From Octopus sinensis (Eukaryota): a stretch of DNA of 64,000 bases. This document shows positions 25,951-38,879 of this stretch, piece by piece (within the stretch, counting starts at the first letter, position 1; each line of letters starts with the position of its first letter). The notes under the pieces are model-generated. The model ran no database searches and was not told the origin of the DNA. It saw only the letters and a list, made by a program, of their open reading frames with translations. The position numbers and the translations under genes are program-made. The stretch spans positions 50,778,001 through 50,842,000 of the forward strand of contig NC_042997.1 in NCBI RefSeq assembly GCF_006345805.1. The letters are read 5' to 3'.

Positions 25951-26489
25951 GAAATTTTCCAGAAAACATTCAGAAATCCATAGAATTCTTTCTTATTTAA
26001 CATTTTTCATCGCTTGTTTATCTTCACAGTTATTAATTTATAATATCTACTGCTTCAAACGATTGTCGATAACTTTCAACCTTTAAATGTTTACATTTCG
26101 GATCCTTGATTTTTCATCTCTCTCTAAACCTGTCCCCACATTCTCCTACACACATCACTTGACACTTCGTCATACAGTCTAACACTTCTTCCTTTCATTT
26201 TCTCTTCAACACATTCCCATCTGTAATGACCTGCCAATTGATAAGCCAAGCCTAAAACCAATTATAACCATTTCATTACTTGAACTACTCCGGCTGCTAA
26301 CTTGACTTCCCTCTGTCCGATTTAAACCACCAGCTCCGCCGCTATTCTAATAAATTGTAGAATAAGGAAATGAAACAAATTTTGCAAATGTCAATGCTAA
26401 CTGAATGTATGTGGGGTGAATACATACACTTACATATATATGTGCTGTGTGTGTATGCGCGCGTACGTGTGTGCACGTGTGCTTATGCT

Positions 26490-26540
<51 letters not shown>

Positions 26541-26611
26541 AACACATACATATGACTGTACATACATATATACGTATACTCATACATACAAACATACACA
26601 CGTGTACACAT

Positions 26612-26999
26612 TCATAACATACATGCATGCATACATACATACATACATACATACATACATACATACATACATACATAGATACATACATAAATACATAGAT
26701 ACATACATGCATGCATACATACATACATACATACATACATACATGCATGCATACATACATACATACATACATAGATGCATACATGCATACATACATACAT
26801 GCATGCATGCATACATACATACATACATACATGCATGCATACATACATACCTGCATACATACATACATGCATGCATACATACATACCTGCATACATACAT
26901 ACATACATACATACATGCATGCATACATACATACCTGCATACATACATACATGCATGCATACATACATACCTGCATACATACATACATACATACATACA
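26612..26999. repeat. (TACA)n array with variant units
   Basis: Direct reading; inverted relative to 25278-25727. Confidence 0.97.
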
Positions 27000-27145
27000 G
27001 CCGGAAAAGGAAGTGTCACGCGGTAAGACCGCGGTACTAAACAAAAAATAAAACTGCTCTGGATTTAAACAACAGTAACCGTATTAACAACAGCAACTAA
27101 GCAAATGAAGGAAGGCGAAAAACCTGATCGAAGGCCCAACCCTTT

Positions 27146-27523
27146 CGAGTTCTTTTACTGGGTTTAGAAAAACTAAAGGACCGGCGAGCTGGTAGAAACG
27201 TTAGCACGCCGGGCGAAATGCTTAGAGGTATTTTGTCGGCCGTTACGTTCTGAGTTCAAATTTCGCCGAGGTCGACTTAGTCTTTCATCCTTTCGGGGCG
27301 ATTAAATAAGTACCAGTTACGCACTGGGGTCGATATAATCGACTTAATCCGTTTATCTGTCCTTGTTTGTCCCCGCTGTGTTTAGCCCCTTGTGGGCAGT
27401 AAAGAAATAAGTGTGTGAATCTGAGAGGGGAATAAGCTGAATATGTTGAATAAAATCATAATTAACTGATCCCACTGTGTATTTTTTCACCTAAATCCAG
27501 GTTTTTTTTCAGCACTCCTTCGT
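27146..27523 (+). mobile_element. Mariner-type end fragment interrupted by an S2 SINE
   Basis: Reverse complement of 38250-38397; ends ttttcagcactccttcgt, also seen at ~24652. Confidence 0.7.
27180..27412 (+). mobile_element. SINE family S2 (tail type b, Tx1-like)
   Basis: Meta-like ctttcatcctttcgggg..gattaaataagtaccag; tail tgtgtttagccccttgtgggcagtaaagaaata. Confidence 0.92.
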
Positions 27524-28148
27524 TTATCTATGTTCAGATCCATTTTAATTATGTTTTGTCTCTCGCAACAGCCGGTTGCGGATTTCATGAAGCTTGTACT
27601 TCGCATAATAGATATGACAGTATTATACGTAAGTGGTTCTCCATCTTATTGTTTTTGCGATTTACTAGAAATCATATATAAATCCTATTTACTGGTACAC
27701 TTTATACGGAAAGCCAAAAATTTCTAGGACTCGCATGACTTAGATCATAATCGTCGTTCGAAAACCAGTAGGACTGGATAACATGTATGATACTTTTGCA
27801 AATTGTTTTAGGTGCCTAAGTGGTTTGTGTTCAGACCAAGACCCCAGCCTCTCGGTTCTCCAATCTCTTGATCCACTAGAATATTGAGGATGTGACCGGA
27901 GAGGTAGAGGGAGAGAGAAAGAAAGAGAGAGTGAGAGAGAGCTAAACCAGCATTAAACTGGTACTCGTTTATTGCTGAGTAAACCAGTGCAAAGAGAAAA
28001 TGAAGTACCTTGCTCTAGAACATGATGTAGCACCCAGTCCAAGCATCAAATTCATGACCTTACGATCGTGATCCAAAGAATCTAACCCCTAGGCTCTGTG
28101 CCCTCAAATCAACTTCGGCTTGAATGTTTCAAGAAAACATTTAATGAC

Positions 28149-28555
28149 CACTAGCGTAGCTAGAGGGTGTCGGTCCACCTCGAGCGGCACTTTTATGGAA
28201 GCGGTATCACTTCATGGAAGGTGGCTAGCTGGCAGAATTGTGAGCACACCGGGTGAAATGCTTAGCGGTATTTCGTCTGCCGTTACGTTCTGAGCTTAAA
28301 TTCCGCCGAGGTCGACTTTGCCTTTCATCCTTTCGGGGTCGATTAAATAAGTACCAGTTACGCATTGGGGTTGATACAATCGACTTAATACTTTTGTCTG
28401 TCCTTGTTTGTCCTCTCTGTGTTTAGCCCCTTGTGGGTAGTAAAGAAATAGGTATTACTTCATGGTCTGCTGTAGACAATATGTACTTCTTGTGCAGGCC
28501 CGGGGGTGGAAACTTGAAGGGCCACCCCAGGCGACACACTCTAGCTACGCTAGTG
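28149..28555. mobile_element. MITE with ~25-bp TIRs (hAT-like) containing an S2 SINE
   Basis: cactagcgtagctagagggtgtcg ... cgacacactctagctacgctagtg; own TSD not clear. Confidence 0.8.
28218..28450 (+). mobile_element. SINE family S2 (tail type b) with 15-bp TSD
   Basis: TSD ggtatYacttcatgg at 28203-28217 and 28451-28465. Confidence 0.93.
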
Positions 28556-29339
28556 TCGAAGGCTGATGCATTGACAGAATTGTTAGACAAGCTGTTTTAC
28601 AGTCGATATTCTGACTCTTTACGTTCCGAGTTCAAATCTTGCAACAATCAAATTTTGCTTTTTATTCTTGTAAGATCGATAAAATATTTTCTTCTCTCAA
28701 CTTTCTGGTACTTTGCCTCTATGTTAGAAACAATATTAATAATGACCTTTTTGTATACAATGCTCAAGCACAGTAAAAGACGGGATAGAAAGCAACAATA
28801 AGTGAAGTAATGAAAGACAGCAAAGCTAACTAAAAGTACATGCATAGTTCATAGAATAAAGCACAAAAAGCCATAAAGAAGAAAGTATGAATACGCACGT
28901 CAGGAGTAGGATGGTGAATTTCGGAAATCATGGAAATTTCGAAGGATGCAGTTTCCTGACTAACAACCGATGCAGGTATTTCATTTCATGCATCGGCAAC
29001 TCATAGCGTGCAGGCAAAGAATCCTTTCCGACAGTCGTGGGTACTACGCTACTTTCTTTTCTTTTCTTTAATAAGCATATATACCAGTGGAAGAAATCTG
29101 AAATTCAGAAAGCCAACGATGTTGTTAGGAAAACGGTCGATAATCTTATATCATATTAAATTGTATTATATTAATATATTGTGTCATATTATTGCATTAA
29201 ATTATTTTACTATAATTAATTGGGATCTGGTACATCAACTGGTATCAAGGAATCTAGATTTCTTTTTGATTTTGAATAGTGAAATAGTCTTGGATTTTTC
29301 TGCAATATGTTCAACAATGTTTACTTCCCAATATATCAT

Positions 29340-29428
29340 TTATCTTTTACTTGTTTCGGTCGTTGAACTACGGCCAGACTGGAGCACCGCCTTGAAGGGT
29401 TCTAGCCGAAAGAAATCGAACCCAAGAC

Positions 29429-29502
<74 letters not shown>

Positions 29503-29790
29503 GCGTGTTTAAGTCTGGTACTTGTTCTATTGGTCTCTTTCCTGAACCATTATGTTACAGGGACGTAAACAAACCAACACCGGTTATCTAGTGCTGGGGC
29601 GGACAAACACACGCAAAGACAAAGACACACACACATTAGTGGGCTTCCATACAGTTTCCATCAGCTAAATTCATTCCCAAAACATTGGCTGACCTATGAC
29701 TATAGGAGACACTTCCCAAGGCAGCATACTGTGGGGCTGAACTCGAAAACCTCGTAGCTGCAAAACGAGCTTAGTATGGTTACTGCGCTC
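29340..29790 (-). mobile_element. Diverged S1 SINE with internal (GT)n
   Basis: Patchy similarity to S1 (ggagcaccgcc, gggacgtaaac, acttcccaagg). Confidence 0.75.
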
Positions 29791-30044
29791 GCAACCTCAC
29801 TCTATAGCTTCACAATTTTATTCATCTTGGGTTTAAATAGTAATTACAACTCATGCTAGTTGTTTCTAATACATCAGAGTAACCATTCTGATAAATTAAA
29901 AAGGAAAAGAAAACCAAGCAGTGGTACTCGGGGAGAACTTATGTTCAATCTTTGGCCAGTTTTTACAAAAAAGCAAGACATATTAGGTTATTTTATGCTT
30001 CGTGTGTATTCGTGATCACAAGAACATTTACAGATTTCCAAATA

Positions 30045-30525
30045 GTTTCTTTTATCCTTTACATGTTTCCTTTATGAGACAACGGCCATGCTGAGGCACC
30101 GCTTTGAAGAATTCTTAGTTAAATTAATCAACCCCAGCAGTAATCTTTTTTAAAACCTGGTATTTATTCTATAGGTCCCTTTTACTGAACCGCTAAGTTG
30201 CAAGGGCGTAAACATACATATATACGTACATATACATACATACATACATACATACATACATACAGACATACAGACATACATATATACATACATACATACA
30301 TACAGACAGACAGACATACATACATACATACATACATACATACATACATACATACATACATACATACATACATGCATGCATGCATACATACGACGGGCTT
30401 CTTTCAGTGGTAAATCTACCAAATCTATAGTAGAAAACATTTACCCAAGGTACCACGCAGTGGAACTGAGCTTGAAACCTTGTGTTTGGAAGGCAAGCTT
30501 CTTACCACACAGCCACGCTTGCGTA
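30045..30525 (-). mobile_element. Diverged S1 SINE with internal (TACA)n
   Basis: gaaccgctaagtt, cgacgggcttctttcagt, cttaccacacagccac. Confidence 0.85.
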
Positions 30526-30879
30526 TTATATATATGTATATCAAGTTAGATGATAAGTTGTGTGAAACACTTGGCTTCTAAAATGGAACAAGATGACATG
30601 ATATGATAAAGGAAATTAGGGAGAAGGAATAAAAGAAAAATAGGGGAGAAACAAGAGAAAGCGATAATGTTGGTGTTGGTGGAGGGAGGTGATAGTGGTG
30701 TTGCTAATTTTGATGGCAGTGATGAATTTGGTGATTTGGTGATTTAATGAAGAGGGAGAAGAATAAAGGCAAGGAAAGAGACAAAGCAAAGCAATATATG
30801 GCAAAACGGGCAAATTAATGCAAGTAAAGAAAGCTAGCACATCTGATAACCAGAACATCATGGTTATATCAATACATAA

Positions 30880-32326
30880 GGAATGTGAAGGAAGTCGATT
30901 CCCAACATATAATTTCGGACATAACCTTTACTGCTTCAGACATCATAGAAGCAATAAATGAGATCAAATACTATTCTGCTGTAGGCCCTGATAGATTCTC
31001 CGGTACTCTCCTGAAGGAAAATAGACATCAATTTGCAGTCCTTCCAACCAACCTGTGGAGAAATTCTTTAGACTCAGGTAATAATCGAAACAGCTCTTAT
31101 CCCAGTCTGCCATCCTGGTTTTCAAACAGGGAAACAAATCCCATGCAGTCAACTATCTCCCTATCTCACTCACCTCCCATATCATTAAAGTGTTTGAAAG
31201 GGTGATTAGATCAAGGATAGCTGGCTTCTTGGGGAGCCACAACCTCCTAAATTCAAGCTAGCATGACTTTCGCTGCAGTATGGATCAGGTTCGAACTCTG
31301 ATGACATATATCTTGACTTCAGTAGGGTGTTCGACAGTAGATCATGTGTTGGAATCCGTGGAAAACTACTACACTGCACTGAGTATTTCCTGGAGAACAG
31401 AACACATGTTGTGATCGGTGGAATCCACTCAAGCCCAGCAAGAGTCACCAGTGGTGTCCCTCAGGGGGACTGTCTTGGGCCCGTTTCTCTTTATAATCTA
31501 TATAAACGATCTTTCCAGCGTCAAAAAACACAGTAAAGTGAAAATATCCGCTGATGACTCTAAGCTCCAGAAAACTATCAGTGAAGACGACCGAACTGAA
31601 CTCCAGTCTGATCTCCATGCTGTGAGTCAATGGGCAGACAAAAACAAAATGCAACTAAACGAGGGAAAATTTGAGCTGATGCATTTTGGAAGAAAGACTT
31701 TACTAAAACGGCCATACTCTCTTTCTTCAGGGGAACCACTCACAGCATCTAATAATATCAGAGACCAGAAGTAATTGTTGAGTAATCTCAACTTGAGTGT
31801 CCACATCAACAATAAGGTTGACGTAGCTCATAAGATGAGCTCCTGGGTCCTAAGAACATTCCGTTCTAGAGAACAAGATGTCATCATTCCTCTTTTCTCC
31901 TCCTTCGTACGGCCACACCTCCAGTACTGCTTTCGAAAACTGAATCAACCCAAAAGTCATCCACTACACGAATCAAGGGCATGACTGACTTCGATTACTG
32001 GGACTACCTTAAAGCATTGAAACTCTACTCTCTCCAGCGCCACCGCGAGCGATACATCATTTGCACGATGCGGAGAATATACTGCCAGCATTGCCCAAAC
32101 GACCTCAACATTAGCTTCAAAATTCATCCAAGGCTGGGACCACAGGCTATACGTCCCCTACCCAATTCAGGATCACAGCGCATAAATACACTGCAACAAC
32201 TTTTTTTCCCTCAACAGTCCCTGCCCTAATTAACATTGTCCCAAAATAGATCAAAGAGGAAAAAGATACCATCTCCTTTAAACGAAATCTGGACAAATTT
32301 CTTGAAGGAATAACAGATAAGCCACC
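30880..32326 (+). pseudogene. CR1-group LINE RT fragment, multiply frameshifted
   Basis: SGVPQG, TVLGPFLFIIYINDL, SADDSK, SFVRPHLQYC, LKLYSLQRHRERY motifs across ORFs 30885-32229. Confidence 0.9.
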
Positions 32327-32327
32327 T

Positions 32328-32362
32328 TATCGGTTGTTAAACACAGACACACAAACACACAC

Positions 32363-32436
<74 letters not shown>

Positions 32437-32588
32437 CTTCTTTCAGTTTCCGTCTACCAAATCCACTCACTTTGGTCAGCCTGAAACTATAGTAGGAGAC
32501 ACTTGCCCAAGGTGCCACGCAGTAGGACTGAACCCGGAACCATGTGGCTGGTAAGCAAGCTACTTACCACACAGCCACTCCTGCACCT
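32328..32588 (-). mobile_element. SINE family S1, 5' half
   Basis: Similarity to S1 head. Confidence 0.88.
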
Positions 32589-32994
32589 ATGTGGTATTTA
32601 TATAATTGCGCCTATATATATATGTGTGTGTGTGTGTATACATGTATGTGCATGTATATGTCAGTACATGTATGTGCATGCATATGTCAGTAGTTGGAGC
32701 TTCGTTTATTTCCTGTAGCCTGCGGTTCGACAAAGGCAACGATAAAACGAAAAGCAAGCGTAAAGATAAGTACTGAGGTCCATACGGTGGATTAAAACCT
32801 TGAAGATGGTGTTCGAGTCTAGCTGTGGTTTAAGGACATATGCACTCTCACATACACACACACTCACACTCATACATTTATATATGTACATATACATCTA
32901 TGTATGTATATACAGAGAGATAGAGAGAGTGAGAGAGAGGGGGGAGGAGAAAGAAAGGCATAAACAGACAGACATAGTGACACCGATTATGAAT

Positions 32995-33238
32995 ACAGAG
33001 TCCACCACAACCTCAAGACGGCTTCGGAAAATGGCATATACGTTCCTCACTATAATCCTGGGAAGATCTTCAAACACCGCCTTGATCTTGGCCACTAGCT
33101 CAAACTTGGTGTTGCAGGCAGAGCAGTTAGTGTCTTTTTCAATCACACCCCTATATATAGCATTCCATGGCTTTTCGATCGGGAGAATCAAGAGGCCGGA
33201 AATTGGGGCTGGTGAAGTCGTGGATATTCTCCGACAAT
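32995..33238 (-). pseudogene. Tc1/mariner (maT/DD37D-like) transposase, C-terminal remnant
   Basis: DSPDRKAMECYI (cf. SPDLNPMDY), GVIEKDTNCSACNTKFELVAKIKAVFEDL..FRSRLEVVV. Confidence 0.8.
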
Positions 33239-36008
33239 CAAGACCGGATTTAAACCATGGTGGGGCTCGGGACACTTCAAATTCGGTGGGGCCTCTCATA
33301 CACAAGAATTAAAATATTGGAAAATTAGTCAGTTATAATCTCAAAAATCCTCCGTATTGCATGTCATGAATTTGACGTTTTAGAAGAGAAAGTTGAACTA
33401 AACAACTGAAAATGTCGCTTCATATATTTTTCAAAACACATTTTTTTGTCTCTCACACATCCACTTGCAGCGTTTGACTTTTGCTTCATTGTGAAAAATA
33501 CAATGAAGGAGTTACAAATGCGAGTTACAAACGTTTCAGAATGTATAATATGATAAAATGACAGAAAAATTACGAAAAAGAAAAATATACCATTTTAGTG
33601 GTTGTTGCTGTTTGAAAGGCACAATAAGTGTCTGTGTGTATGTGGGGCTGGAGGGTGAGAAACTTTTAAAAGACATGGATTTTTAAAATATTCGTTTTAA
33701 AAAAGCTTCTCTTCATTGTTTTGTAATGCGTGAAAGGAGAAAATCCTAGCATAAACAGGGATATTCCAACATTTATGACAGCTTTTCCAAAAGTCTACTT
33801 TTCCAGTTTCCTGTAAGGAGAGGTGAGGCACAATGAGTAAATATTTACTGCATTTATGACTTAGACAAAAAACATATATATTCTTATAAATGTTCACTAC
33901 CGAACAAAAACTACATCAGCTGAGTAAATGATCTTCTCCAAATGCATTAAAAGCACTATAACATATTCAGAACACTATTTCAGAAAATTATTTCCGTTCT
34001 CTGAGCATATAAAAGACAAATTTAGATGGGGAAAAACGAGTAAGACAAGATAAAGTAAATACCCCGTCAATTCTCCAGAATTGCATAAGAAAAAAATACT
34101 CATACATGTCCATATCGATTAATAGACACCAGAAAGATCAGAAATTCAACAAAAGTTTTAAATACCTAGATCAAATGAAAGAGAATCATGGAAAACTGAC
34201 ACGATACGAAATTAACGAAACGGCAAAATCAAAAAATATCGACGTAAAATATTCTCTATAGTTTCTTCACAATCTGCAGAAGTGACTCTCGGCAGAATTC
34301 TGGTTTAAGCTTTCTATGCATCCTCTTATAACCTGTTTGTATTTTTTGAAATTTTCAGAAATTTTTTTGCGAATTTGTGCAAAAGGGAATTCATACGACT
34401 ATGAAAAAGAATTTTTTTTTAATTTTTCGAAATTTAAAACAAAATATTTTTTTTATTTTTCAAATTAAAAAAAAAAAATCAGTTAAAGATAGTGACAGTC
34501 CGATTTTTTTGGCTTAAATCACAGCAATTCAATGTGTATATGGGAAGAAAGATATTTAAAAGTTCAATACGTCAGAGGGACAAAGAAACAAGGAGGGTAG
34601 CAGGTGACTGTGAGATATGTTAGAAATAACAGTTGAATAGCCCTTAAATCATGCACAAAAGATGTTTTATGACTTCTTCATGGTCGTATGTGTAGGATAC
34701 GAATTCGCAAAAATTCCACCTGGTTCTCTTCCTTATATATGTGTACACCATGGCACTAAAGAGAAGGAATTATTAAAATTAGTCATTACTAATTTTGCTC
34801 CAATTTAGACATTTTTTTTTAAATTGAAAATTTTCAAATTGGACATTGATGTGGGGGAAAACTGATATGCAATCCAACAGAAAAAAATAATATTGCTTGT
34901 TAAACACCAACGATTATCTAAATATTTTATTAGTAACTTCAATTGCAATTGGGTCAAAGTTGAAAAATCATTTCTTGAAAAAAAATACCTGTTACCTATG
35001 TTTTAAACACTTTCGACTGCAACAGCTTCTATGGTGACCAATGTTTACTCCCAAAGATGATGCAACAGTACAAAATGGGGATGCAATACTTACAATGTAA
35101 TAGCTTCGAACAAGCAATAAGAAATTATCAAGGAATTGGTAATTACTCATTTTGCCCCACTTATCAATTCTACCCCGGCGAAAAATATTGAAAAAGAGAG
35201 GAAGGTAAAGATTCCATTTAATGAAAAACATGTGAACGTAAATGCAATAACTCTAAAGCTGAAAAGAATTCTTTGAGATGTTGAGAGACGCAATTTCATA
35301 ATTAAAAAAAGAATTCAAAATTTAAATTTTGGAAGATTCCTTACTTGCTCTTTCCCAAAATAAGATCAGTTTTCAATGCGCCAATGAAATAATGAAATTT
35401 ACAGGTAGTAATTTATGTGTGAGCGTGCGTGTGTGTGTGTGCGTGTGAGTGTGTCTGTGTGTGTGTGTATGCGCGCGCCTTTCTCTGTCATCAGTTATTC
35501 AAAGGTCACTGTTCAATCATGCGTTGAAGCAGGGAATTTGAATTACAATTTAACGTCTTTCTCTCAATCTATTTCTTTATCTCTGTATATATTCAGACAC
35601 ACACACACATTCACACATACACACATGTACACACACACTCATATACACGCATTCACATACATACATACCTTTTCAGGAGTAGTAGTTTTTTTTGTTTTTT
35701 TTTTGTTTTTCTTTGTCATAGAGGAAATTGTATGAGGACTGATGTTCCTAAAGTAGATAAAAATCTATAGCTACTTTGGGACTGGTAGCAAATTGATTTT
35801 AATCGCTATCATTAAAGTGGAAACATTATCATTAAAGAGATTCTATTACATTTTTTAAGAAGTAAGACGCTTGTAATTTGAAAACAATCTCTTCATTCAA
35901 GAATGCTGGAAAGTGGAAGGGCCTTTTTGTATTGAGTAGAAACGGTACCCATTGTCGAGGACCACCCAGAGCAATTGCACCCTTGGCACCCCTATAAATC
36001 CGGCCCTG
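33239..36008. mobile_element. Non-autonomous hAT-like element inserted in the maT transposase
   Basis: TIRs caagaccggattta / taaatccggccctg; 8-bp flanks ccgacaat / atgacaat; host reading frame resumes on both sides. Confidence 0.75.
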
Positions 36009-36490
36009 ATGACAATCACTTCAGGTTTTTTCAGGAGATATGGCAAAAAGCCGAATCTTGCCGCTATGCATATGGCCTTCCAGCAGCAACCCTCTCCAGT
36101 AGCCGTCTGAACTAAGCCTAAGACCCTGTTCTAAGATGTGGGAATGTGACGCAGTCAGAACGCCTACTTTGTCTCTTCTTGCTGGCCACCGATTCGTAGT
36201 CTCTATTTGCAGCTGTGTCACATCTTGCAACATTTACAGCATTCACAGAGCATTGAGAAATAGGCATGATGTCGGCATTTTAATATCCGACGCGAATGAT
36301 CATCGTACAGATAACTCTTTCCCAATATGCAGACGGCTTCCAATCCTCCATGCCAGCTAACCTTTTTTTTGTCACAAATACAACTCTAATCTTTATGCTT
36401 TGCAACACTGCTGACCATTCACCAATACGTCAAGCTGTCCCTGAAAAAAGAAACGGAAAATTCGTCAGATTTAACCCAAACACTGTATAA
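36009..36490 (-). pseudogene. Tc1/mariner (maT/DD37D-like) transposase, central remnant
   Basis: QGLRLSSDGY..ERVAAGRPYA*RQDSAFCH (cf. QQDSAPCH); upstream limit approximate. Confidence 0.7.
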
Positions 36491-36914
36491 TATGAAATTG
36501 AAAGAAAATATCTCAGCTGGGTGTTCCACATACTGAATCCAAATACAGCAAGGTCTGACATATTCATACATTGAGATGAAAAATTCCATTATCACCGATT
36601 GTCCATGAGAGTGGGCGCTAACATACTTAATGTACTGAGCCAAGAATTTTTAATTAATTTCGAGATTTTCTCACCTGCCTTACGTGAACGGATTTGGTAA
36701 TTAAGATATTGATTGGCTCTTCTCACTATGGATGTAATTTAAATTAATCAAAATGTCTTTGCTCAATACCTTAAGTAAATTAGCGCCCTCTTTGCTAATT
36801 ATTTTCCATGATGCGGTTGAATTTGGTTATTTTCTCTCTGTCTTTATGTATATGTATATGCACGTGCGTATGAGTAGTGTATATGTACGTATGTATGTGT
36901 GAGTGTGTTTGTGT

Positions 36915-36965
<51 letters not shown>

Positions 36966-37159
36966 CACAGACAGACACATGCGCACACAGCTGCAAAGAC
37001 ACAGAGAAAAGAGGGAGGTACAGACAGAGAGAGACCCTATACATACCGTGTACGCATGTATGTATGTATGTGCATATATATCACTTACTCTCTATATAAG
37101 TGATTCTGTTTATCGATCTGTGCGTTTGCGAGTAGATAGAAAGAAAGAAATGTAGATAG

Positions 37160-37497
37160 ATTTATTAACCACACAGGGCTGAACACAGACGGGACAAATT
37201 ACAAGGCAAATTCTTTTTGGGGAGAAAAAAAGCGGGATAGGTTTTCGATCAAAAGGGATCGTAAAAAGGAAAGAAAAGAAAAAAAACGATTAATAAGGAT
37301 CGTGTATCACAGAAATGTCATGATATAGAGTGTAAAGGGGGAAACAGATAAGGTTTATCCGTGGAAAGAAAAGCCCACGGAAAAGACCACGGTAACCTCG
37401 CTTAATAATGTCACATGTTAACACATTTATTTGCAAGTAAGTAACTCTCTGTTTTAAATTTTTCCGGGTTCATAGGATCATGCTGAAGGGGGTTTCA
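37160..37497 (-). mobile_element. 5'-truncated Tx1-like LINE 3' end flanked by GATA units
   Basis: Homologous to 38569-38905 (ccgtggaaagaaaagcc..cggaaaagaccacggtaacctcg; cgatcaaaagggatcg). Confidence 0.9.
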
Positions 37498-38092
37498 GAT
37501 AGATAGAGACTGACAGACAGTCATACATAAATACATACATATATATATATACATTCATATATAAGCACACATGCATCATACTTGTATATATTTATATATA
37601 AACATACATATACATGCATATATGTGTATATGTATATATGTGTGTGTGTGTATACGCACAAGCGCACGCACATACAGACACACACACACACACATACAGA
37701 CACACACACACATACAGACACACACACACACACGCATTCATGCATTATGTTCTTTAGAAATATATTTCAATATACACTGAAAAAGTGTGTTCAGTATTGG
37801 CCCATCTAAGTTGCTTAGACTGTATTACATGCCGATTGTGTATATATACACAAGACACACATGCAGTACACATATCAAAATGTAGATACTTTATCTCCTT
37901 GTATCATGTGATCTCGGGTTTCGTACAAGCCAACACTCGTTAGCGAAACTTTGGCAATGTAGATGGTAAGCAAGTCTATTGTTTTTGGTTGGAAGGCTCT
38001 ATGTCACATAATTACCGTGCAGTCAGATTAAAATTCCCCACCTAGAGAAAGACTATTAACAATAGAATTCAGTGACCGATAATTTTTTTTTA

Positions 38093-38237
38093 TACTCTAG
38101 GCACAAGGCCCGAAATTTGGGGGAGGGGGCCAGTCGATTATATCGACAGCCGTATGCAAGTGGTACTTAATTTATCGACCCCGAAAGGAGGAAAGGCAAA
38201 GTCGGCCTCGGCAGAATTTGAACACAGAGCGTAAGAC
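38093..38237 (-). mobile_element. SINE family S2 (tail type a), partial
   Basis: Similarity to 20798-20950. Confidence 0.85.
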
Positions 38238-38249
38238 ATGTGTATGCAA

Positions 38250-38397
38250 ATGAGGGGTGCTGAAAAATTTGTGGCTTTGGGTAAAAGAAAGTACAGGAGG
38301 ATCAGTTAATTATGATTTTATTCAACATATTCTCGTCACAGATTCACACACTTATTGAGGCAGTCCTTCAGTTTTTCTAACCCCTGTAAAAGAACGG
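38250..38397 (-). mobile_element. Mariner-type end fragment
   Basis: gaggggtgctgaaaa TIR-like start; matches 27146-27523 in reverse. Confidence 0.65.
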
Positions 38398-38439
38398 ATA
38401 GATAGGTAGATAGATAGATAGATAGATAGATAGAGATAT

Positions 38440-38500
38440 ATATTTCTTTACTACCCACAAGGGGCTAAACACAGAGGGGACAAAGAAGGACAGACAAAGC
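38440..38500 (-). mobile_element. Isolated S2 type-b / Tx1-like 3' tail inside (GATA)n
   Basis: Near-identical to the reverse complement of 28391-28450. Confidence 0.85.
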
Positions 38501-38511
38501 GATAGATAGAG

Positions 38512-38568
<57 letters not shown>

Positions 38569-38879
38569 TGTTTCTTTATTAGCCACACAGGGATGCACAC
38601 AGATAGAACAAATTACAAGGTAGAGCTTTTCTTTTGGGGGTAAAAAAAGGGGGGGTTCGATCAAAAGGGATCGTAAAAGGAAAGAAAGAGGACAAAAAAA
38701 GGGGGGTTAAAAAAAGGAGGGGGGAATTGTCAATATGAAGTGTAAAGGGGAGGACAGGTGAGGTTTACCCGTGGAAAGAAAAGCCTACGGAAAAGACCAC
38801 GGTAACCTCGGTCAATGAAGTCACATGTTATATTTCTTTTTTTTTTGCAAATAAGCAACTCTGTATTAATTTTTACGGT

